Shown here in pieces: positions 25,040-35,021 of a stretch of DNA of 45,858 nucleotides. The stretch's first letter is position 1, and every line of letters begins with the position of its first letter. The translations under genes were made by a program, and so were the position numbers. The stretch comes from Chiloscyllium plagiosum (taxonomy: Eukaryota): assembly GCF_004010195.1 (NCBI RefSeq), contig NC_057754.1, positions 4,120,916-4,166,773 on the forward strand, read 5' to 3'. Under the pieces are notes generated by a model. The model ran no database searches. It was not told the origin of the DNA and saw only the letters and a program-made list of their open reading frames with translations.

Positions 25040-25610
25040 TATTACCAGCCCTGTTCTCTAAGGGGCCTAATTTCAACTGGCCTCTCCTTTCCCTGTTATG
25101 TATTTAACAATGTTCTTATTGTCCATTTTTATATTACTTGCCAGTTTAAAAAAATTATTTTCTCCCTTTTTATTATTAGTAGTCATCTTTTGATTAGATT
25201 AGATTAGATTCCCTACAGTATGGAAACAGGCCCTTCGGCCCAACAAATACACACTGACCCTCCGAAGAGTAACCCACCCAGACCCAATGCACCTAACACT
25301 ATGGGCAACTTAGAATAGCCAATTCACCTGACCTGCACATCTTTGGACTGTGGGAGGAAACCAGAGCAGCCGGAGGAAACCCATGCAAAAGTTTTTTAAA
25401 ACTTGCCCAATCCTTTGGTTTACCACCAATCTTTGCCACATTGTATTTTTTTTAATCTTTCAATTTGTTATTATCCTTAACTTCCTTGGCTAACCATGGT
25501 TGGTTTATTATCTTCCTCAAATCCTTCTTCCTCACTGGAATGTATCTTTGTTATGAGTCATGAGTTATTTCTTAAAAGTCTGCCACTGTTCTTCATCCAT
25601 CTTTTCAGCT
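25040..25610 (-). mobile_element. CR1 ORF2 upstream fragment
   Basis: Reverse strand encodes a QPWLAKEVKD-like segment at ~25475-25505. Confidence 0.6.
25192..25388 (-). mobile_element. 5'-truncated HE1-like SINE
   Basis: (attag)n tail and body highly similar to 17212-17400. Confidence 0.85.
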
Positions 25611-25672
25611 AATAGCATGCTGGCCTTCATAACAAGAGGGATTTTCCAGCAATTTGTGTTTTTGTTTTTGAA

Positions 25673-25790
25673 AGTTGCATGTGGCACAGTAGTGGTATCC
25701 CTACCCTGGGAGCCAAGAAGCGTGGATTCAAGCCCCACCTCCTCCAGGGGTGTATAGTAACATCTTCAAAAACATTGATTAGAAGATGTC
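25673..25790 (+). mobile_element. Short tRNA-derived SINE, copy 1
   Basis: gtggcacagtagtgg A-box-like and ggattcaagccc B-box-like; colinear with copy 2. Confidence 0.6.
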
Positions 25791-25840
25791 ATAGATGAAC
25801 ACTGAGGTATACTATTAAAAGAATGACAAATTGAAAGCTA

Positions 25841-25956
25841 GGGTGCTTGTGACACAGTGGGAGTTTCACTACCTCGGAGCCAAGGAGGGCTGGGTTAAGT
25901 CCCACCTGTTTTAGAGGTTTGTCATAACATCTTTGAACAAGTTGCTTAAAATATCA
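25841..25956 (+). mobile_element. Short (116 bp) tRNA-derived SINE, copy 2, with a 15-bp target-site duplication
   Basis: ACAAATTGAAAGCTA at 25826-25840 and 25957-25971 flanks the element. Confidence 0.75.
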
Positions 25957-26347
25957 ACAAATTGAAAGCTAAATTCTACCATGTTATAGTCGCTGTTTCC
26001 TTGGGAATTTGTTTTACTCTAAGACCATCTATTAATCCTGCCTCATTACACGTTACCAGATCCAAAGTAGCCTGAACTATCTTTTCCATGCACTCCTTTC
26101 TTTTCTCTTCTTCTACATTCCTCTCCTCTGTTCTCCCACCTATTCCCTTCCCCTGTGCTTCTCTAACCCCATTCCCTGCCACCACACTACACTACACTCC
26201 AGAACATGTTCAACATGCCTCCAATAAGGAACATTATTAATAGCAATCCATGGAGCTGAATTCAATCCTCACCAGCCAATCTAATCCCCAGATCAGAAAT
26301 TGAGGCCAATCAGTTTTCTGGAAGCTTTTAGTTCTTTGTTTCACTTA

Positions 26348-26790
26348 TAAGCTACAGGGAGAGACTGAATAGGCTGGGACTATTTTCCCTGGAGCACCAA
26401 AGACTGAAAAGGGTGACCATATAGAAGTTTATAAAGTCAAGAGGGCATGGATAGGGTGAATAACCCAGGTCTCCTCCCTGGGGTGGGCAAGTCCAAAACT
26501 AGAGGGCATAGGTTTAAGGTTAGAGGGAAAAGATTTAAAAGGAACCTAAGGTGCAACTTTTTCACACAGAGGGTGGTTCATGTATGGAATGAGCTGCCAG
26601 AGGAAGTGGTGGAGGCTGGTACAATGACAACATTTGAAAAGGTATCTGGATGGGCACATGAATAGGAAGAGTTTAGAGGGATATGGGCAAAATGCTGGTA
26701 AATGGGAGTAATTAGTTTAGGATATCTGATCGGCATGGACGAGTTGGATGGAAGGGTCTGTTTCCATGCTGTACAGCTCTATGGCTCTAA
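26348..26790 (+). mobile_element. CR1 LINE 3' end
   Basis: KTRGHRFKVRGKRFKRNLRCNFFTQRVVHVWNELPEEVVEAG; tail gaagggtctgtttccatgctgta similar to the HE1 tail. Confidence 0.9.
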
Positions 26791-27169
26791 ATGGCCAATC
26801 AGGTCTGGTTCCTTATTGAGTATACAGAAAAAAGAGCCAAAGCTCACATCCTTGATGCTAAACTGACAATCATACATACTAGTGGAATCAGGCCCTGTTG
26901 TGATACTCACTCTGGTAAAACAACTTGTGCCCACACCATTGTGACTTGACAGTGATCACTGGATAGCATATGTCAATAAAACCCCACACCCCAGCAAGAG
27001 TTGGCAAAATCAAGACAGTGAGGGAGAAAACAGCAAAGTTTATTTTTTTGTTCAGCTAACATGGACTCCATTTCGACACAGACTCTGTATACATACAAGA
27101 ACAGCGTGGTGGCATCCTGCACTTTGCATAATCCAGACTGACCTGTCTCAGGGTATGCTGTCACTCAGG

Positions 27170-27550
27170 GTATGCAGTGTTCTCTCTGCATCAGAAATTC
27201 ATGGGTTCATGTCCTTGAACCCCATAATCTGGGTTGACATTCCCTAGTGCCATTATGAAGAGAGTCCTGAATTCTTGGAGGGGGTCATTTTTGGAAAGGA
27301 TATTAAACCTTTCTCAAGTTCCCACAGCCACTCTTTCAGTATGGAGCCAGGGAGTTTTCAGCTGTGCACTGGTCCAATACTTATCCTTTAACCAACATTA
27401 CTAAAATAGATTGCAGTCTGTAGAATCTTGGTGTACAGAGTTGGCTGCCATATTTCTGAAATTATAACAGTCACAATACCTCAAGTAAAGTACTTCGTTA
27501 GCTGTTAAGTGCATTGAAACAATCTGAGGTTGTGAAAGGCACTAGAACAC
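27170..27550 (+). mobile_element. Deu-domain SINE (SacSINE1-like), degenerate
   Basis: ttatcctttaaccaacattactaaaa, ttggctgcc, aagtacttc, tgaggttgtgaaaggcacta tail. Confidence 0.7.
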
Positions 27551-28344
27551 AATTCCACTCTTTGAAAGACACCACAAAACTTGCTGCATTCAATTTACTA
27601 ATTATATTTTTCCTGCTAAATACAAGAAGGGGGATATAGAAGAGGAATGCAGGAGACAGACAGTTGAGAATAGAGAGAAAAAGACGACAGGAGTAGAGAT
27701 GTTGGGAATGCACATTCATTACTGATTGATCAGGACTGTTCTTTCAATCCTGCAGCAGGGGTTAATAAGATGTGCAGCTTTATGGTAATACAAGAGAGCT
27801 TGGAATGGATGTGTGTCTGTTGGGCCCTTGTCCACATGAGCCAGTCCCTGGGGGTGGGGGACGGAGGAGTTGCAGGGGAGGGTGGTTGAACAGACTGTCG
27901 TACAGCCTCTAGCCAGATGCAAATCAGCCAAAACACACAGGAGGGATGAAAGAGGTCGTGTGCCATGCAGACTTTTTATTGTGTGTGTGTGTATGTGTGC
28001 GCATCAAAGCAGCACTCCATTTAATCGTCTCTCCTTAAGCCATGGCAAAGTGAGGGTCTTGTAAACACTTCTAATCGACCAGACTCTCATGTTTGAGGTT
28101 GTTGAGCTGTTTCATAGGTTATAAGATTCCCTCCACCCCCAACCAACCCCATCCACTGCCTTGTGTCCCACTGTATTTACTGACAAATTAAATCCACATA
28201 AATAAAATTTATTTTACTGCCAGGCTTATTCAAATTCACTATCCATGCCCTGTGTCTAATGGAGTGACAGGATATATTTACACTTCACGGGGTGAGGATG
28301 GGGGTGGAGGGCACTTGTAGAATCTTGATATGCACACAACAAAA

Positions 28345-28695
28345 GAAAGTCTTTTATTTAGATAGTGCATTTCATAACCTCAGGATGTCCCAAAGCGCTT
28401 TACAACCAATGAAGCAGCTTTGTTTCTGGATGCGTGGCTGCTCTTGCAGTGTAGGAACTGTGACAGTCAATCTGCATACCACAAACTCCCACAGTGATGT
28501 GATAATAACCAGATAATCTGTTCTTGGTTGAAGGATAAATATTGGCCCCAGGACACTGGGGAGGACTCCCTGCTTCTCTTCCAGTAGCGGCATGGGATCT
28601 TTTACGTGCATGTGTTGGGGGCAGGCCTTGGTTTAACATCACATCCGAAAGATGGCACCTCCAACAGTGCAGCATTCCCCGAGCACTGTCACTGC
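28345..28695 (-). mobile_element. Deu-domain SINE (SacSINE1-like), best preserved copy
   Basis: Reverse strand: gaatgctgcactgttggaggtgccatctttcggatgtgatgttaaacc...gtaaaagatcccatg...cattggttgtaaagcgctttgggacatcctgagg. Confidence 0.82.
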
Positions 28696-29099
28696 TTGGA
28701 TTGCTTCTGAATTGAGGCTTGAGCCCATGATCTCAGAGTGGAAGACAGAGAAATCAACAAATTCATTCATAGACAATATATTTCGATATTTATCTTATTT
28801 TTCTTTGTGAGTTCAAGTTGACTCTTTTGCAATCTCTAATAAGACTTTTTTTGTCACCTTATGGAATGTCTGGTACTTGTTTCATAACAGAATTGTACAT
28901 GAATGGTGCAAGAATGAATTGAATACAGCATTGGGGAGAGATTTCAGTACAGACTTTATGGGCTGCTGTCAAGCCCATTTGAGACACACAAGTCTTCTCG
29001 AATTCAAAAGTAAATCAGAATGCAGTCTTGGGTTGGGCTAGACTTGTATAGGATCCATCTGCCCTGCTAAAGTATTCTGAGCTTACTCTCTCTTGCTGT

Positions 29100-29560
29100 T
29101 CAGACCCAGGAGGTCATGGGTTTGAGTTCCACTTCAGAGGTCTGAGGATGCAGGGTGTGCTGCATCGTAGGAGATGCAATCTCGTAAATAAGGCATTGAA
29201 CCCAGATCTCCTCTACCTTCTCAGACAGATGTAAAACATATCTATCACACTAAGAAGAGCAGGAATTCTCCCAGGTGTGCTGGGATAAAGCACTTTTCCC
29301 TCAACCAACTTCATGGAAAGAAAAAAAATATAGAAATTGCTGAGTAAGCTCATTAGATCTGGCAGCATCTGTGAAATCACAGTTAACATTTTGGGTCAAG
29401 TGATGCTTCCTCAGAGCAAGCTGGGGGATCTTGCTGTGCACAATATGGTTAACATGTTTCCTGCACTTCTACAGTGAACATGATGCAAAAGGACTTAATT
29501 GGCTATAAAACACTTGCGAGACATCCTGAGGTGGTGAAAGGTGCAGCATAAATGCATTTT
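29100..29560 (+). mobile_element. Deu-domain SINE with a nested Penelope-terminus fragment (~29330-29416, -)
   Basis: Colinear with the 28345-28695 copy; central part interrupted by gaaattgctgagtaagctc..tctggcagcatctgtg..ttcctcagag. Confidence 0.7.
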
Positions 29561-30029
29561 TCCTCCAATCACACGATAAAATGTTTTCTCTTTGTGCCTA
29601 GAATGTTCTGGAAGCCTAACTTTATCATGTCCAGAGTTTTTTTTTTAATCCTTCCACAGGATGTACACCACATTGGCCTAATGCTCGTCCATTCCCCAGC
29701 TGCCCGTAAGTTAATGCTGAGCAACCTTCTTGAACTGTTGCAGTCTATGTGATGTAGGTGCACTCAGTGCTGCTAGGAAAGAAGTCTTACAATTTTTACG
29801 GACTGACTGTGAAGAAAGTGCCAATATGGTTGCAACTCAGGATGGAGTGTTGCCTCTCATTAATCAACTCTCACGTTTTGGATAAAAACAAAAAAACTGC
29901 AGGTGTTGGAAGTCTGACACAGGCTAATCAGGGATGGGTGGATTACAAAATGGTGGTGAACAACCACAGGAAAGGATCTTAAAGGGATCTTGGCTTGAAG
30001 GTTAGGAGGGAGGCAGTGATGTGAAGTGA

Positions 30030-30220
30030 ATTTGATTTAATTTGTTTTCACATGTATTTAAGTACAGTGAAAAGTTTTGTTTTGCCTGTAGTACAGGGAG
30101 ATCATAATATACAAGGTCTTACAGATCATAGGGTGTTTAAACAGAGCGAGGCATACAAGGTTACAGTTGCACAGGAGGTGCACAAAAGCAAGATCAACAT
30201 TAGATTTGAAATTAGAGAGG
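30030..30220 (-). mobile_element. Rex1/Babar-like LINE 3' UTR fragment
   Basis: Reverse-complement homologue of 34010-34203. Confidence 0.65.
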
Positions 30221-30479
30221 TGACAAAAGTTGCTGAAGATTTGAGTGAGGGGTGAGGCAACCAGTTGCCTGAAGTTTGAGCATTCGCTGGAACAGAGTGG
30301 GTCTCTTCCTGATCTTTGCCAGATTCTTAAAAAGGGCCAGCACAGAAAGCAAATTAGGTAACCAACTATTAGTTATTTGACAGTTCAGTGTAAATTATAT
30401 AATTAATGGGATATAAATATAGATTCTTAAAATTTGTCTATCAACCAAAACATTTTCTGAATTTTTTTCTCAAATGTTC

Positions 30480-31255
30480 TCAATATTTATCTCACTCTTT
30501 CTCCAACTATTTCTTCTCTTTCTTTGCATTTGTCAGTCTCTTGCTTGTTTCTTACTGTTCTGTCTTTCTCTTCCTCGCGTGTGATCTCTCCCCTTTCTGT
30601 TGTTCATTTTCTTTCTCCCTTTCTCCATTCCTTAGAAATAAGTCACTCTCTCCTCTCCTTACTCTATCGCATGTCCTTCCTCTCTCTATCTCTTTACTTT
30701 TGTATCTCTCTGTTTCTGGTTGCCTGCCTGCCTTTTCTTGCCCTCTCTGTCAGTCTCTGTGTCAGACTCCATATCTCTGTAAGTCTCTTTTTCTCTTTTC
30801 TCTTTCCTTTCTTTCAGAATGTGCTATCTCAATTTCTCTATTTCCTCTCTCGAACTCAATCAGCCCCCTTCTCTCTCTCTCTCTTTTCTTTCAGACTGTT
30901 TTACCGCCATCTCTGTATTTCACTCTAATTTCGTCAGTCCCTTTCTTTTTCCTTTCTTTCAGCGTGTGTTATCTCTTTCGCTCTATTTCCTCTTTAATTC
31001 TGTCAGTCCCTTTCTTTCGGTGTGTGTAATCTCCATCTTTATTTCCTCTCTAAATCAGTCAGTCCCTTTATCTCTCTCTCCTCTTTCGGTGTGTTATCTC
31101 CATCTTTCTATTTCCTCTCTCTAATTCTCAGTCCCTTTTTTTCTTTTTCTCCTTTCTATCGATGTGTGTTAACTACATCTCTCTATTTCCTCTCTAATTC
31201 TGTCAGTCCCTTTCTCTCTCACTCTCTCTGTCAGTTTCTCTCTCCCGCTCTCGGC
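30480..31255. repeat. CT-rich tract containing a degenerate ~60-75 bp tandem repeat (about 6 units, 30815-31230)
   Basis: Recurrent ctatttcctct..taatt..gtcagtccctttct..gtgtgttatctc. Confidence 0.8.
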
Positions 31256-31439
31256 TTTGTGTGAATCAGACAGCCTGGGGTCTCAAGTCTGATCTGTTGC
31301 AAACAAAAGAGCCACAGAGTTGGCTCGGGCGCATTTGGAGACGCGAAGGGACCTCTTTCCATCTCCCCCCCCCCCCCCCCCAGAAGGAGGCCTCTTCTCT
31401 CTCTCTATCTTTCTTTCCCTGCCTCTATTGAATTAGGAC

Positions 31440-31690
31440 AAAGCCCCGGCACGTGTGCTATGAATAGGAGCAGGACAAAAAGAGCAGGCCGGACGTGTGG
31501 CTCCCTTATAGTCATTTACATAATGGGGAGCAAACACGCGTCAGAACAGGTACATCTGGCGCCTCCTGGGAGACTCGACAGTCCCTCTTGGATCAGATTA
31601 CCCTCTTTGTCTGATTGGTTCTTCATCTCAAGCCATCTGCTTGAGATGGACCAGACAATGGGATCTTGCAGCCTTTAAATAGCCCGAACA
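31440..31690 (+). promoter_or_regulatory. Probable proximal promoter of the INSM gene
   Basis: CACGTG 31450, ATTTACAT 31514, CACGCG 31535, CATCTG 31553 and 31634, inverted CCAAT 31614, TATA-like TTTAAATA 31674-31681; CpGs retained. Confidence 0.65.
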
Positions 31691-31842
31691 GTGCGGCGAT
31701 TGAACAGTTCCAAAGTGGGAAAGATTGCTGCTTTTGCTCACGCTCCTGTTCTCCCTGGCAGCACAGAGTACAGTGCTCACTTGCAGGCTGCTGGGTTTTT
31801 TTTTGTTGTTGGTTTGACAAGACACGAACTTCCTGAGCCAAG

Positions 31843-32982
31843 ATGCCCCGAGGCTTTCTGGTGAAGAGAACCAAGAGAGCTGCCCCTGTCTCATACAGGG
31901 TACGCAGCGTCGAAGAGGAATGGGGCGTTCCAGAGGCAGTGCCGTCCCTATGGGGGCAGGGGAGGGCCTCTCTACATCCCACCTCCTCCACTGACATTAG
32001 GCCGGGATACTGTGGAGTGCCAAGCTCCCCTTGCGCCCCGGACCGCAGCCCTAACCGGCCAGTCAGCAGTTGCCCTGGCTCCCCAGGTCGGCCAGGCAAT
32101 TCCAGCTCGCCTATCCTGGCGGAATCCTTCCCCAGCCCCTTGGCTCTGGCTTCGTCGCTGGGACGAGCGGTCTTCGTGGCCTCGGTGTCAGATGAGGAGG
32201 TGAAGATGGGCTCCAATTGTACCAGCATCCAAGCGGTCAAGAGGCAACTGCCTCCGGCCAAAGCCAAGGTGCAGAGCAAGAAGCCTAGGGCGGACAGGAA
32301 GCCTTACAGGGACGAGGTGACCACTTCACCGGTCTTGGGGCTAAGGATCACCAAAGAGCTGACGGACTATCAGCAGCACAAGAGCTCAGGTCAGCCCCTG
32401 GGTGAGTTCATCTGCCAGCTGTGTAAGGAGGAATACGCCGACGCCCTGTCCCTCGCCCAGCACCGGTGCTCCAGAATCGTCCGGGTGGAGTATCGCTGCT
32501 CCGAATGTGACAAGGTGTTCAGCTGTCCGGCCAACCTGGCATCTCACTGCCGCTGGCACAAGCCCAGGAACCCCAGCGGCCTGCAAGCGCAAGAGGGGGC
32601 CAAGGAGAGCAACAAGAGCAAAGCCAGGAGTGAGGAGCAGCCGGCCAGCCCCTCAGGCCGGCCTTGCGAGTCGCCTAGCCTGGAAGAAGAGCTGTTCGAC
32701 TGCCCGCTCTGCGGTAAGAAGTTCCGTCGCCAAGCCTACCTCAGGAAGCACATGGCCACTCACCGAGGCTCCATGCTGCTGTCAGGCGGCCAAGTGTACC
32801 TCCAGCGGCCCCAGAGGAAGCCTGACGTTAGCTCGCACTCAGGACTCGCCTGCTCAGGTTCTGATGGGCTCCCTGAGGCATCCTTCTCCCCCTGCCAGGT
32901 CCTCAGCAATGGCAAGTGTCAGCCCTTGGAGAACAGGCAAGTGATGCTGCTGCAGCTGTCCACGGCGCCGGCGGTGATGTGA
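31843..32982 (+). CDS. INSM1: Insulinoma-associated (INSM1/INSM2-family) SNAG-domain zinc-finger transcription factor, intronless, 379 aa; exact paralogue uncertain
   Basis: N-terminal SNAG MPRGFLVKR..PVSYRVR; DEVTTSPVLGL; fingers FICQLCKEEY..AQHRC, YRCSECDKVFSCPANLASHCRWH and FDCPLCGKKFRRQAYLRKHMATH; C-terminal ENRQVMLLQ; purine at -3 (AAGATG). Confidence 0.95.
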   Translation: MPRGFLVKRTKRAAPVSYRVRSVEEEWGVPEAVPSLWGQGRASLHPTSSTDIRPGYCGVPSSPCAPDRSPNRPVSSCPGSPGRPGNSSSPILAESFPSPLALASSLGRAVFVASVSDEEVKMGSNCTSIQAVKRQLPPAKAKVQSKKPRADRKPYRDEVTTSPVLGLRITKELTDYQQHKSSGQPLGEFICQLCKEEYADALSLAQHRCSRIVRVEYRCSECDKVFSCPANLASHCRWHKPRNPSGLQAQEGAKESNKSKARSEEQPASPSGRPCESPSLEEELFDCPLCGKKFRRQAYLRKHMATHRGSMLLSGGQVYLQRPQRKPDVSSHSGLACSGSDGLPEASFSPCQVLSNGKCQPLENRQVMLLQLSTAPAVM

Positions 32983-33500
32983 AACGAGGGCGGAATCGAA
33001 ACATAAACTCCGAAACCCCATCACCCGGTCTTGGTCTTATTTATTGTGTGTGTGTGAGAATGAAGAATAAAGGAACTTCCAAAATAACGCGAATAAAACA
33101 GTCTCGAAACGAGGAGAGGGAAGCAAGGGCAAAGTTCACTAGCCTGGTACTTGTAACAGTAAAATGGTTTAAATACAAAGTATAATTTATATAAGTTATT
33201 TATATATTGCTTTTTTTGTTAATCTTATATGTATATAGAATGCTTTTTTTGTACAAGATCTTCCTATAACTGTTTAGAAACTTTTTTTGTCCGGTTGGGG
33301 TGGGTTAACAAAAGAGTAATTTTTTGTACAGCTGAATTTTGTATTTTTCTCAATGATTGAAAGTGACATTTGCGCCTCAACAAAAACGGAAAGTTTATAT
33401 TCTCTTACGGTTTGCGAAGGGACAGCTATCACCTGTCACAGCTTTCAATGTTGTTTATTCCTGAGGTGTTTCAAATAAAATGTCAAGACATCCGTTTGCG
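32983..33500 (+). promoter_or_regulatory. AU-rich 3' UTR with polyadenylation signals
   Basis: AATAAA at 33066, 33092 and 33474; TGTATATA (Pumilio-type) at 33230-33237; two TTTTTGTACA motifs. Confidence 0.6.
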
Positions 33501-33929
33501 TGCCGTCGATGCTTCTTTGGCAGCGGAGGGTATCTGTGTGGGGCGCACTGAACATTATGGACAGGAGGAGGCCATTCGGCCCCTCTCGCGTGGTCTAACT
33601 TTGACCTGCCTTTGCTGCACACCGCTCGTTACGTTTCCCTCACAATGATCGATCCCCTTCAGTTCTGAAATCTCAGACTGCAACCCGACGTCGATCTCCC
33701 CAAGCCAAGAACCACGGGCCTTTTACAAGTGGGAATAGCATGGCTGTAGGTTTAAGATGGTATTACCTCTTTCCTTCCGGTAGAGGAGATAATTACTCCG
33801 TATTCCGTTGGAATCCTTTTTAGCCCTTTAACTATCTCGAACCGATCAGCTGCTGATCTCTTAAACCGAAGGGACTGCGAGGCAAGTTTAAACAGCCCGT
33901 CCTTATAAATTAACTCTTTTGGTTCTGAT

Positions 33930-34203
33930 ATCCTGGCAAAGTTGTATTCAAGATGCTTAAACACACGTCCCAACAGGTTCAAGACAGCTTCTTCCCTACT
34001 GTTATTAACGGACTTCTTTAATTTCAGATCTAATATTGATCCAGCTTTTGTGCGCCTCCTGTGTAGCGGTAACCCTGTATGTCTGGCTCTGTCTAAACAC
34101 TCTATGATCTGCGTGTCCTTGTTTGTTATGATTTACCTGTACTGCTCGCAAAACAAAACTTTTCATTGAAGTTAGGTACGCGTGACAACAATAAATCAAA
34201 ACC
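33930..34203 (+). mobile_element. Rex1/Babar-like LINE 3' end
   Basis: Degenerate RCLNTRPNRFK..SFFPTVI C-terminus followed by a 3'UTR ending aataaatcaaa. Confidence 0.65.
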
Positions 34204-35021
34204 AAGGCCACTATATATTTTCTGAGAGACCTAGGCACTGAGTTCTAGTGTCTTGAACTGATGGCAGCTACTCTAGATGGATTCTGGGAAGACACTATCT
34301 GAAATATAATTTCCTTCCCTTACAGATAATTTCACAATTCCATGAGCCTTTCAGACATTTTTTTAACCTGTTCACCAACTTCAGATGGCACTTGCAATTC
34401 TCTTTCCTAATTGGAGTATTAATACATCTTTTACATTCTAATCGTTCCAGACTTTCTGAGTTTTTTCTTTGTTAGATTGCTGGTAAGTCAACTTAAATCT
34501 CAAGACTCTTCCTTTCCATTGCTAAAAAGAAAGAAATTTCCATGCACCACACTCCATATCTAATACACAGATCCATATCTAATACACAGATACATCATTC
34601 CAATTTGGACAATATATCACCAGGATATATGGTCAGATTCCTGGAGCTTACTCCCTAACACCCCATCTGCATCCTCATCACACAGACTGCAGTTGACCTC
34701 TTAAGAGGAAACTTGGGATGGGTAATACTTATGAGTCTTGTCAGGAAAGGCTTCATCCATGAATGAAAAGACCCTGGGAATGATTTTCTGAAATGGAGTG
34801 GGGAGGAAGCGTGAGGAAGGAGGAATTGGGATGAATGATTGAGTTTGAGGGTGGAGGGGAAGGGGAACAATTGCCAAATTCTGTAATTCCAATAGCAAGT
34901 TCTGGTCAGCCTACAGTTAGGCCACTACTTTATGAAATCAGCTGATAGCTTAAAATATTTTCTTGTCTTTAATGATAATTGTATTAACAGGTGACCCCTT
35001 TAACAGAAAGATGTTTGATCA

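Noticed and set aside
30406..31264. Hydrophobic F/L/S-rich ORFs resembling membrane proteins
   Set aside because: Translation of a CT-rich low-complexity tract
31623..32944. Antisense 218-aa ORF and overlapping 180-aa alternate-frame ORF over the INSM gene
   Set aside because: Expected shadows of a GC-rich CDS; no recognisable motifs
34553..34590. 19-bp direct tandem duplication tccatatctaatacacaga x2
   Set aside because: Ordinary slippage duplication with no further structure
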